Part shown: piece after piece, positions 23,775 through 35,852 of the stretch
Layout of the letters: every line of letters begins with the position of its first letter
Position numbering within the stretch: the stretch's first letter is position 1
Assembly (NCBI GenBank): GCA_040954595.2
Contig: CM082594.2
Coordinates: 7,633,573 to 7,697,572 of the forward strand
Length of the DNA: 64,000 nucleotides
Direction: 5' to 3'
From: Balanoglossus misakiensis
Taxonomy: Eukaryota; Animalia; Hemichordata
Notes under the pieces: model-generated
Told to the model about the DNA's origin: nothing
Seen by the model: only the letters and a program-made list of their open reading frames with translations
The model's database searches: none
Translations under genes and position numbers: made by a program

Positions 23775-26700
23775 GTAAGATTACTGGTACATGTGTATTT
23801 TCATGTACAATATATGTAGCCGTTTTACACCTACGCATGTGTGCCTTTGACAGTTTTAAAACACTACGTCAATGCAAACCTGCGCTGGTGTATATTGTGC
23901 AACATAGTACATGTATTAGTAATGTGCTACACACTTTTTTTCAAACACACAGACTCTCCCATCTTTTCGCAATATCTGAAGTGTACATGAACATGTACAT
24001 ACATGTCTATAAGGAAATGCAATTTACGCCTGCTTACAAGTTGGCCCACTGTGCCCTTCCTCTGAAGAATTGAGACATTGTTTGTTTTGTAATGAATCAA
24101 GACTCTCATTACTGGCCCATAATGAGGACACATTACTGCAACAATGTTGTTATTGTAGTGACATTCTCCTGCTGTTTAATGATAACTATTAGGGGGACCC
24201 ATCCTGGGGTTATTTAATGCCATCTGTAATTTCACCAGTCATTGTCCGGACCACTTTGGAAAAGGCGTCGAGATTTGAGAAAAGATGTAAGAATCACAAG
24301 GACAACTGTCTGCATACTGTATTTATAAATGTTTTCTGTCCAGAGAGTGGTCTGTGTTATAACTATTTCTACAGCTGTACCAGTGTAAGCCTGAACTCTG
24401 ACCCCAAACAACAGCAGCTTGGGAGCTTTCATTTCCTGCAGCTCAGTCCTTAATTCAGTCTGGGATATTTAGAATAGACAGGTCATGATCCGGATGAAGT
24501 TGTTGACAGTATGTAGACCTGATCAAGTGATTGCGCCTCGTAAATTCCATACACAGGGTACCATATGGTGCTTTGTGGTACATTTCATTCTTTAGATTAT
24601 CAAAATATGGTATGATTTGTAATTTAGTCTGAAAACTTAAGATAAGCTCTCATATATTGCTTCTGATGCGTAGGAGACAGATCTCACATTATTAAAGAGA
24701 AGTCTGACATATGCACAGCAACAGCTTGTACTGGTGTTGTGGGTGCAATTTTTGTGACGCACCATTGCAATGCCACCAGGTTTGAGAAAAGCTTTCATTT
24801 CATAATGATTGATTAGTAAGACACTGAGGCTTTCAATTGTCAATATTATCTCATGGATCATGCGTTTGCATCTTGTCCATTAAAGTGGTTGCTGATAGAC
24901 ATCCTGTGAATATTCCATTTGAACACACAACGATAAAATGCTGAGCAAATACTGCATTCATTTGTGATTAATAGCGTGTCATTTATTATGCATATCTCAT
25001 TCATCGTGTTTGACAAATCCTTAGCTTGGAATATTACATCGTAATATTCAAATTCAGATCTGTCAAGATATCCACTTACAATGTAAGCTGTTGGGGTTAT
25101 TGGTAAACTAGGCAAACTGGAAACGAACACTGCAATATACATGTACATGTAGATCAGCTGACAGATCTCTGATATTGTGTAATTTCACTGCCAGGCAGCT
25201 GATGAATAATTCAGACAGCGTGCAATAAAGCACCATGCTATTATTTTGAAACATACACAAAGAGCGTTCAGAATGAGTGATGACCGAATCAATAGCTGCA
25301 GTTTAGCATGCAATGAACCAAGTGTAAGCTTCATCAATTATTTAGTCAGCGAAGTAGAGATCCCTGGAATACAGCAGGCTGAACTCAGTGCTCCAGGAAG
25401 TGTCCATGTTTGTAACTTCTTGCTAAATTTAGTCTTGGAAAGATGGATTATTTTGGAAGTCCAGGAAAATTCATCCTGTAAGGCATAAGGTGTATGCACA
25501 CATATTTGTGTGAAGGTATGTTGTTTATGTCTTATGAAGCCCTCAGATAATACATGTACCTTCCATTCAGTATTTATCAGCAATATACTTAGAGAACCAG
25601 CTGACATTTTCGTGACATACAATATACGTATTAATCAAGATTTTCACAACAGTTACAGCTGTGAAATTGTGATGCTCAGAGTATTATTTATTTCACTGAA
25701 AAATTAATCTACATAGACATACAAGGCTTTAGTAGGACACTAGTCCAGTGTACAGTATGTTTGATGCCTGAGCTCATTCTGTTGTTGCATTCTGTACATT
25801 ACGTGGGAGTGTACATACCAGTATCCATACCAGAATTGTACACATGCTGGGCTGCACATTAAATGGTTCTACCTCAGTGAATGATCAATCCCCCACAGCC
25901 ATTATCACAGCTGGTAAGCTATCAGTATCACCTCAGGTTACCACCAATACAGTGAACTGTGCCCTCTCCCTCATACACTATCTTTAACCCCTTCACCTCA
26001 ATTTACCAGCAGCAGTTGCTGTCTCACTGATGGTACATTGTGTGCAAGGTACTGATTGGATTGGACCTCGCACAGTGATGAAATAGGGTATTACTTTGCA
26101 GTTGTGTTTTACAGATCCCAGTGTTCTGGAAGAGAACATTTCCTTTCTGTTATGGTGTGGTGTACCATATTTATAGTTGTATAAATCCAGGATCGTGGAG
26201 TGTGGATTAAAATGTCTGTTTCTGTAATTACTTTAACTTTTAAGAATTGCCAGTCAAGAATAACTAAATGGGCAATTATGAAACTTGGTAAAAAAAAAAG
26301 AACTTTAAACACCGGTGTTGAAAGGTAATTACAAAGTACAATAGTGACGATTAAAACTGATGTGCGAAAGAACTCGTAAGTTAACCTTTAGCCTCAGCTT
26401 GCGTATTGTGTTGACCTTCGACCTGATCATCCATTCAAATGTATTGTGCATCACGACCAATGGGAGACAGTCCTGTTTCATTTGTGTTGAGGTTTCGTCT
26501 CTTGTTCCGCCAGAACAGTGAGTAATACAGCAAAACCAGCTGTGAAGAATTGGACCTCAGATTTGCTACAGCTATCTTGAGCTGATTTTCTTTTAGCCGA
26601 TATTAGTAAGTTGGGTTTTACTTTTCTTGTACTTAAATCCTTGTAATGGAGTCATCTGTGTCCGTGTCACTGACAGTGTGGTTTGTTTTCTGTAACTTTC

Positions 26701-29700
26701 AATGCGGTGCCCCAGATACATGTTTCGCTTGTGAAAGAATGGGTCTGTGTGCGAGGGTAGTTGAAACTTTAACAAGCATGAGATATTCCACTTTGGTTAG
26801 AGCGACAGGAATTGGCCTCGGATATTAGACAAAACAAGTATTGTTCTCTGCATGATTGAAGTCGGGGCACACATCGTCACAGATCTCGTTTTACAGTGAA
26901 CACTTCAGTGACGATGATGAGGGTCGCACAAACATTTGAAACTCCGCGTGTGTTGTCATGTAAACATCAACACAAACATGCAAAATGTTCCGGTTCCATA
27001 TTTTCTACCACCAATTTACAGTCGTTGCATGTACGTGTGCAGGGGACATCGATCGTGTTCGGGTCATCACGTACCTGTCCTTGTAAACGCCGGCTGGTAT
27101 GTGACAAGGGACAAAGCCCACTCACCTCAGGACATTGGGGTACTGAGGTCACGCGTGCTAATTAAAGACAACTGCACGTCGATACTTGAAAACTTTAATT
27201 AACATATTCCCAGCATTTTCTGTGCAGTGAGTTGGTAAAGTTAAAAGCTAATCTGTCCTTCCTACATATCAGGGCAGGTAATGATCTGTTCTAGGTCGTG
27301 AAACTGTTACCGATTTTTCCATTAAATTGAAAGTTAATGGTAGCAAGTGTTTTCATTTAAAATTCAATTCTATTAAATGTTACGACTGTGATCATGATGA
27401 CCGTAAACTTTCAGGTCAAAGGCATTTGAAGTTTATTGCCAATAACTCTCACTGGAAAATTTTTACTGCAAAAGTTTTAGTAACTGATCACTCTTTCTGT
27501 GCTACCAGGATAAGCAGTAGCTGTCTTTTTAGCAGATCACAAATAATGACCTCAGTCCTATGAATGCATAGAATCTACCGGTACATGTACCTTTTAGAAT
27601 TTTCTATTTTAAAGTCAAGTTCAAGGTAGCGTTTTGAATGCGCCAGTAACCATGTTCCGATACTAGTTCAAGGATTACCCCTTTGTGCAGTTCAAAAAAG
27701 GACCCTGAGTTTTTAGAATTTGGAAATTAGTGGACCTGTTCCAGTGGTTACTCTTGACAAAGACGTATTCTGGGATATTCTTGCAACATAATGGCAAAAT
27801 CCTTGAAATATTCTCATCAGTACATGACTTCTAATCCTGTCAGTTTTATTGTGAGCTGATAAAAAAATTTGTAAAGGATAGCACAGATGGCCTAGCTGAA
27901 TGTTTACTTTGCCTTGGGCTATAAAGAATACAATGATGATCAGTTGAATTGTGGAATATCCTGATTCATTTCTTGGGACAAAAGAGACCGGCAGTTTTCC
28001 GTGATCTTCTTTGCAACCTTCCAGAAGCTTTGAAAATGCATTCAAGTCCTGTGTTAGCGCTGTTGTTCATTGTTTTTTCTGCGGGTACATTTTGGCCCGT
28101 GCGACATGTACATGAATGTGTGGCATATGTTTCCAGTAGCATACAGTTGTACTTACATGTTTTCGTCATTTATTCGGTCAAGTCAACAGTGTTCCAGTAT
28201 TTACAAATACATGTATGTTGGTCTTTGCTCTTCATCCAGACAGTACTTTTAAATGGATTATCTGAAAGCACACACATAGGTCAATGGGCATCACATCAAC
28301 AAGTTGAAGTGTTTTCAGTCCATCTTGGTCTTGTATGGCTGCCAAGTTCAAAAACAAACATGTGTTGTGAAGTATGAACATGTACAAGATGAAGTGTACT
28401 TCAATGAGTTGTGTATGATACATGTAGTCGCCAACTAAGTCAACATTACAGATCATGCTTTGACCAGAAAGAGTAAACCATAGGGAATCGTGTTATGGTG
28501 GAAAGAATCGCATTAAGAAAGGTAAACACACGAGTCGGCAGCTGCCATCAAAATGGATCCAGATCACACATCAACGTACATTTACACACACACATACATA
28601 CAGTTAAGTTCCGGGGTTATTGACATGCACAGTACATGCAGACTGAATGGATTCGCACGACTTTTTGAAGAATGGAAACTCGATTCCTCTGATTCAAAAG
28701 GAAGCAAAAATTGACAGCCGTTTGGTCAATAAAGATCGTTCGGGGAGCAAAACAAGCTCCACTCCACCTTTGTTGAATGGCCAGTGTACATGTAAATCGG
28801 TCTGTTGTGCTTTTGTCCTGTTGAATGTGTATTCATTTCTCCGAGTCTTCAGTGACGTTCGTTGTTGTGCAGTTTTATTTATGAGCGGATTGTTAGTGTT
28901 TTGCCTTCTCCTAGACGATCTGTGTACCCTTGTTTTGTCTATTGAACAGACTTCTTTTCACTACCAGTGTTCATTTGAACTCACTTCCCCTGAAGAGTCC
29001 ACCTCATTTCCCCCGAGTGGCATTGTGTGGATTTTGTATTTCCTCCTGCTGTCAGTCTTCTGAACCCTGTAGTGTTCATCTTCCTGTCAATGCTGGCATG
29101 TACAATGTACAGTGTATATCACAGGACAAACTGCAGCATGTTGGATGACATAATTATCTCATTCGTCACAACTTTCACTCACCTGTTGCACATTCGCAGA
29201 TTTGTCAACAAAGACAGACAAAAAAATAAACTAACCACATGCATGTACAACTTTACAAGACTGCTGAGGGTCAATTGTGTATCACACACCTTCATTTTTA
29301 ATTGCTTGTATGTTGCCATACTTATTAATGGAATACTTCCACAATGTAATTAATTGTCAGTTGATGACCACAAAGTTTCATTCTATTCACACTCACCTGT
29401 GTTAGTTACCTAGGCTATTGACAGTGGTTTAACATTGTCAATTGCAAGAATCAACGAAAATAAATTATCCAGGAAGGTCATCTTTTGTCTCAATCACATG
29501 TTTGTCGTAAGTACATTGTCTAAAGGAAGGTTATTTCTTTCACTGGTTTGAACTTACAGTACACAGTTATCTGCATTGCATGCTTCAGGGCAATGACCTC
29601 TTTTGTTTGTCTTTTTTAAACACCTTGATTATGGACTGATTCAGCAAAGAGAAAGTCGACATTGAAATTCAGATTCTTTCTTTTTCTTTTTTTTTCAGAT

Positions 29701-29804
29701 GGAAACAAATGACGTCCATTCAACGGAGATAAGATGTTTTGAATGAAATGGTGAATCCCTTTCACGTGGCTTAATTGAATGTTTTGTGCGCATCTCGAGT
29801 AACC

Positions 29805-32800
29805 ATGAAGCAAGAAGGGAAAGCCGAAAACAAGGTGGCCAACCAGGAAAATGGCCGAGGCTCGCACCAGTTTGAGCCGCACCAGTTTAAGAGCAGCCAG
29901 TGTGCCAAGTGTTTTCGGTCTCTAGCCGAACACGGGGAGAGAATAGACAGTGTTGACAAAGGCCTTGCTGGTAAGGTCATCAATTTGAATACTTTCGGGG
30001 TGCAGAACGGGACTTCGGAGACCCAGCCGGGCATGGACGCGTCGGCTGCCAGCGGCTCTGGTTCAGACGCAGCCCAGCCGAATAACCTGTCTGGCGATCA
30101 CTCATCTCATAAAGGGAGCCGACTCAGAAGGCAGGCACCGATCTCCAAGGAGCTCGGCGAAACCGCCAAGAACAACCTCAGCCCCCCGAAGAGGACCAAC
30201 AACTCCCCAGGGCAACGGAAGAACATCAGGGGTGAAAGTTCAACCGCTGATGACGCCTGCTCGGAGAACAGCAGCGTTATCGACAACACAGCGGTGCAGC
30301 TTATGTCGTACAAACTTCAATCTGTAAATAACCTGGGGTCTGCCAGTCAGACACCGCCGTCTGCCGTGGGTGGCACTGCTGCTAAGGCAGACTTCTCCAA
30401 AGTATTGAACTACTCCAGGGCTGCTGATGGCAGAAGCGAAATCAGGACACAAAAAGTGAACACAAAAACTCAGAATGGCCCCAGTACTGCTGTACCGAAA
30501 CCCAAAGGACAAAGCATTCCTGCGCTGAGAAATGGCACAAGTGCACTCAATTCTAACAAGAAAGCAAAAGGGGCAGTGGCCAGCTCTGTCACTGTGAATC
30601 TTAAGAAAGCAACACCGAGCAAGTCGGGTATTCCTCTGAGGAAAACTACAGAGAAAGAAAGTGATTCTGAGTTTCAGAGGATTGCGAAAAATCTAAGACC
30701 GGTTCCCAAGACGACGAACAGCACCACGAAAGTTGAAAATAAATCAGCTGTGCCTAAGTTGGGCAAAAGCACCAGTGTGAAACCCACTTCAGAGGAAATT
30801 GTTGATGTGGAAGAAAGGAGCAAGATCGTGGAGTCCAAGTCGTTGTTTGCATCCGAGACTCTCTCCAAGACCGCGTTCAGCGTCTTCAGCAGTGGTCACA
30901 AGCACGACACTCTCCCGAAGAGACTGCGCGAGCCTCAAAGTCGTCCGTCGGTGAAACCGCTCTCTCAGGAAGACCGGAATAATTCCGACCCGGAGCTCTT
31001 TCAGTCGGTCCACAGTGAAGAGGTTCAGGTCGTGTCCGTGACGGAATCGGACACTGTGAACGGCGACGTCACGTCTCACAGCCAAGCCGTCACCAGCAGT
31101 CAGATCAGTTCTGAGATCTACTTCGGTAAGTCCCCCAAGAGGACAACCGTAGAGAGTGATCAGACTGGTACTTCAGCAACCCCTGGCAATGTAGTTATCG
31201 TCGATGCTGCAGGCAACGTGTCACACTTCAACACGAAGCCACCCATCAACTCTGAGAACGCTGGGAGTCCCAAGAGCTCTAAATCAACGAGTAAGCCTTT
31301 GCCAAAAGAGAAGGCTCCATCCAGTTTTGCGATACCATACAGAGTTGTAGAGCTTGATGGGCCGTCGTCATGCCGACCGTACAAAGTTGTTGATATCGTC
31401 AACAGTCCACCAGAAGCCCGCCCAGATCAGCTGGACACTGAAAACACAAATGTACACAATGTTCCAGCCTCTGCTCCAACTCACAGAGACACTCCAACGA
31501 AATTCCCCAAACCAAGCTTCTCTTTCCCCACATCTACGAACGCAACATCTCAATTTCAAGCGTCTGCCAGCCAACCGCCTTTCCCGATCATTCTGCACGA
31601 CGAGAAGGTGACCAGCCCAAAAGAGAAGGGCTACGAAAACCCCAGCAAAGTTGCCATTTACATAGGAAGTGGCGGCTACGACAATCTGCCTGAACCGGGC
31701 AGAGCTCAACAGGAAGAGGAGGATGATGATCTGGACAGCGCCATCGCTGTTGTCAGCGGGTATGACAACGTCGATCAGATGCTGGCGAGCTCTAGTCACG
31801 TAACTACCACAGAGGAGGGTCAAAACGCTGAACAGGGGGAAAGCAGTCAGAGGCCAGAGACAGTAACTGCTGAACCAAAGGCTGCAAGTCAAAACACTCA
31901 GCAGGACAAAGACACTCAGAATGTAGCATCAACACCGCCCATTGCGGGGACATCTACAATAGGCGATCAAGTAAATGAAAATAAAGCTGATGGCAGTAAA
32001 ATAAATGAAAGTAAAACCAGTGAGGAGATCGTCAGGGAAATTGATAACGATGAAAAGAAAAGAACTGAAGAGAGCAGAAAAGGAGATACGCTGGCTATGG
32101 GATATGAGCGACCGGTCAATGTGATACCAGTGAGCAAATCAAGTAAATATGATTATTACAGACAGAGGTCGCTATCAGATCCTGAGATCATTGCCTCCAA
32201 TGAACCAGAGTATGAGACTCTCACCTTGCCAGTGTCAGCCAAGGCTACGAGTGATCAGAGTTTGGATCAGATTCTGGATGACGAAGAGGAGGATCTGACG
32301 CCGTCGCCTCGGAGACGTACATCGTCAATGCCGCATAAAAAGGCAGCTCTCGGACACAGGAGGGAGAGGTCTAAGACCGTGGAAGTTGTGCCTACTGTTG
32401 AAGCAAAGTCTGACCTGAAGATCAAACCCAAGAGGGTGGCCCCACCACCGCCCCCGCCAACACAACCACCACCACCACCGCCACCACCACCACCAGCAAC
32501 ACAACAACCGGCACCAACACAACCCCCACCACCACCACCTCCACCAGCTACAGCTCACGAAAGATCGTTGTCTCCAACGAGAATTCCAGAACTTCAGAGG
32601 AGGTCACGCGCTTTGTCCCCCAACAGAGCAGAATCAAGAACAAAGGCACCTCCCAGGCACGAGGATGCTACTGCAGACAGTATGCCGAGGTACCCTCCCC
32701 CTCCTCCCCCTCCCCCACAGAACAACAACAAGAAGATGACAAGTCCACCGAATAAAGGCGCCCATCAACGAGCACTTTCCCCCACCCGGGCGATGTCTCC

Positions 32801-33489
32801 TCCCATTGCCATATCCAGACCACCCGAAGACCCACCGAGGATCACCAACACTCCCCCTAAGGATGAATGGATCAAACCAACACCGATGATGATGGAGAGT
32901 CCGCAGCAGATATCGTCCAGTCCCCCACGCACCGACACCAAAATGAAGCTCCCCAAGTTCTCCCTCCGCAAGCTTCTCGTGGGCAAGAAGAGAGAACAGG
33001 AGGCCCCGGGGAGTCCCACCCGACCTGTCAACGCGGAGGTCGTCCACCGATGGTTGAATAAGCAGTCGTACCTCTCAGACGAGGAGATGGTAGTTCTTGA
33101 CGTGCCAGACGTCCCCTCGGAGCAATCCATAATATCAGTGGCCGAATCGCTGACCTCCGCTGATGGCCTGAACAGAGCAGTCATGAACAAGATCGAACAG
33201 GACTTGGCCAAGAAACGCAGAGCTCCCAGGAAGCCACCACCGCCACCTGTGCCATCTGGCGAACAGTCAAACGGCCAATCGGGATCCCCGGCATCTGGAG
33301 GAGAAGTAACTCCAACAAACTCAAACTCACCGCAGTTACAGAAAGCATATTCGCTATCTCCGCCCAGTATGAGGAGATTACGAGAACAACAGCAGGTGGA
33401 TTATGAAAATACAGGTGAGTTTTATCAACACTGAGTTCTACTGTTGGTTTTTTATATCGTGATCATCATATAGGCAGTGTGTGTGTCTG

Positions 33490-33525
<36 letters not shown>

Positions 33526-35852
33526 CGTGCGTACATACATGTATGTGTGCGTGTGTGTGTGTTTGTACATACTTTAATGTAATAGTGTTGATATTTTTGT
33601 TTGTAGGTGCAGCTAGAGCTGATGCCATGTCACCCAAGAAACCCACACGTAGGGATAGACGAGGCAGAAATAAAACAACAGGATTTGAGGACCTGCCGTC
33701 AAGACGACAAGCTCCCGTTCCTCCAGGCCACAGCCACACCCACCATATCTACGATGAGATCCCCTTTGATAAAAAAAGACAGGCACCCATGCCTCCAGGC
33801 GAGAGATCCATTAAGCCGGCGCCGGCAAAACCACCGCGGAAGTTGTCATTTGAAGACCGCCTTCCCGTGCCAGCACCGAGGCATAAATCCAGCGATGATG
33901 AGAGGCTAAACGAGATGGGAGTGGCAGAGAACGATGTCGAGGAGTTGCATTTGTTTGAGGATATAGAGAAAGAGACTCACTTGAAGTCAGCATTGAAACA
34001 TGCTCAGCCGGATAAGATTGATAGCAATAGAGCTCCCAGAAGGCCTGTGCGGATTGTAGCCCCGGATGAGGAAGGGGGTCAACAGTTTGAGAGTTCGGAT
34101 GAAGGAATCAGCGATCCCTCCTATGCAAACCTGTACACTATGTTAAAGCAGGCTGCGGAGCTGGCGAAACGTCAGGGAGAACAGAAACGCTGGTCCTCTT
34201 CATCGGACGAGACCATTGACAGCCAGAAGGGTATCTCCGGTGGGAAGAGGCCTGTTCCCACACCCCGGGCCCCCGTGAAAATCAACCGCTCCACCAGCCC
34301 CATCATGTTCCCTGGTAACGTCAGGGACAAGGCGTCAGTGTTCGAGCCGAGCACCAGTGCGAACACCGCATCAACCAGCGAGAGTTCGGCAGAACCACCA
34401 GCGCCGGCCAATTCTGCCAGCAGCCAGGCAAGCGAGACCGAGACCGGCCAACAGGAAGCGAGACTCAACGAACTCAATCTGAATACGCTGAAACGCATGA
34501 TGACGATGTGGAAGATACAGCAGGAGGAACATATAACGCTGGAGGAAGTGTCGTGGAAGGACCTGAGCCTGAAAAGTGAAGACCCACGGTTTTCATCAGC
34601 GGATACCCTTGTCTATCCTGTCATGCACAATGACCATCAAAATCAACCACTAGCTGCACAGGTGAGTTCATATAGAACATGGTTAGAACTTTGGGGGGGG
34701 ATAATTACATGTGTATAAAATGTGTTAAAATCTTTTCCTAGTAGAAGATCATATTATGGATAAATGTTCATGATACATTATAAGGAGAATATCACCATCA
34801 TCCAAGCAGTGCACTCATTTGATGGTCAATCATCACATTAACACCAACATCACTCTCTTCAGATCTGCATCAAACCAGAAAACAAAGACGAATTCGTAGG
34901 AGGAATCCAGGTTTGCCGATCAATCGTACCCCACCCGAACATCTTCCAGGTCACTTCCGTATTTACAGACAACATTCCAGAGAGCGTGCTGGGACTGGAA
35001 CCGGCATCACCGAAGAAAGTGACGGAAGACGAACCGGGAACAAGCAGCCCAGTGGAGAAATTTGTGGAGGCGGCAGTGGTGTTGACAAACAGGGAACCGT
35101 CGACGCAGGCCGATTTGTACATCAAACACTCAAAGGAGATGCACGAGTTCTTGCCCCAGAAGTACGAGCACGACGTGTGTCTGCTACTTCTGCAGCTGTT
35201 CCAGGGACTGCACCACCTGGACATGCACCACATCGTCCACGGAGATTTGAAGACCTCGAATCTGTTCCTCGCCGACTCGAAGCTCAGCGGGGGAGGGACC
35301 CAGCTGGTGATCGCGAACTTCGGATCGGCCAAGCAGAAGACGGACGAGGAGAGCGCGGAGGCCGGCACGGAGAGCAAGACGCAGGAGTTCGAGGCCGGGT
35401 TGATGATCTACGAGTTCCTGCACGAGAAGAGTCCGTTCGTGGTGAAGACTCTGCTGATCACGCAGGATTACAATCCGGCCGACCTGCCGGCTCTTCCGCA
35501 GTCGTCCACGTACTCCCGGGGCCTCAACCGGCTGGCCGGAGAGCTTCTCCGACGGCAGCCCTCGGATAGACTCTCCACGGAGAAGGCAGTAGCGGCTCTG
35601 CAGTGTCTGCTGTGGGGTCCCCCCGGAAGCCTCCTGCGGGACGTTGCGGATGAAACAGAGCAGGAGAGAGAACTTCAGAATTGGCTGGATCTCGAAAGAG
35701 CCAAAGCGGTCAACACTATAGCAGAGAAACATCTAGCTGTGTTGTTCAGGGAAGAGCAGGGAATCAGTTTGGAAGATCATCTACACTGTCAGTTTCTGAG
35801 CGAGATCTCAATATCAGCCTTGAAAGAAAGTTATAAGTTACTAAATGATTGA
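29805..35852 (+). CDS. PEAK1: PEAK1/Pragmin (SgK269/SgK223, NKF3 family) pseudokinase scaffold, about 1884 aa
   Basis: Three coding exons 29805-33414, 33607-34661, 34863-35852 (5655 nt, phases 1 and 0). N-terminal FEPHQFKSSQCAKCFRSLAEH resembles the PEAK1/PRAG1 N-terminal motif. Long S/P-rich disordered middle. Kinase-like fold with PHPNIFQV, YEHDVCLLLLQLFQGLHHL, HGDLKTSNLFL, LVIANFGSAKQK, EFEAGLMIYEFLHEKSPF, then SHED-type helices LQCLLWGP, LQNWLDLERA, EDHLHCQFL. Likely pro-orthologue of PEAK1/PRAG1/PEAK3. Confidence 0.88.
32440..32548 (+). repeat. Coding (CCA)n-rich polyproline repeat with a duplicated TQPPPPPPPPAT unit
   Basis: APPPPPPTQPPPPPPPPPPATQQPAPTQPPPPPPPPATA visible in the ORF and at DNA level. 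Confidence 0.85.
33477..33563 (+). repeat. (GT)n/(GCGT)n microsatellite in the short PEAK intron
   Basis: Direct reading; explains the VCVCVC start of ORF 33477..34718. Confidence 0.95.

Noticed and set aside
19000-29600. Possible nested gene in the long PEAK 5' introns; frequent TACATGTA words
   Set aside because: No coherent coding exons on either strand; TACATGTA-type words are scattered across the window and appear to be background.
29775-29804. ORF-track start (TTG) for the 1219-aa ORF
   Set aside because: Non-ATG bacterial-style start; the first in-frame ATG in good context is 29805.
33477-33606. Hydrophobic VCVCVC N-terminus of the 413-aa ORF resembling a signal or TM segment
   Set aside because: Translation of the intronic (GT)n microsatellite; the true exon starts at 33607.
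30107-35732. Many 60-220 aa antisense or alternative-frame ORFs over the PEAK exons (e.g. 31368-31892, 34913-35569, 35184-35732)
   Set aside because: Shadows of a GC3-rich real reading frame; no recognisable domains or splice structure.
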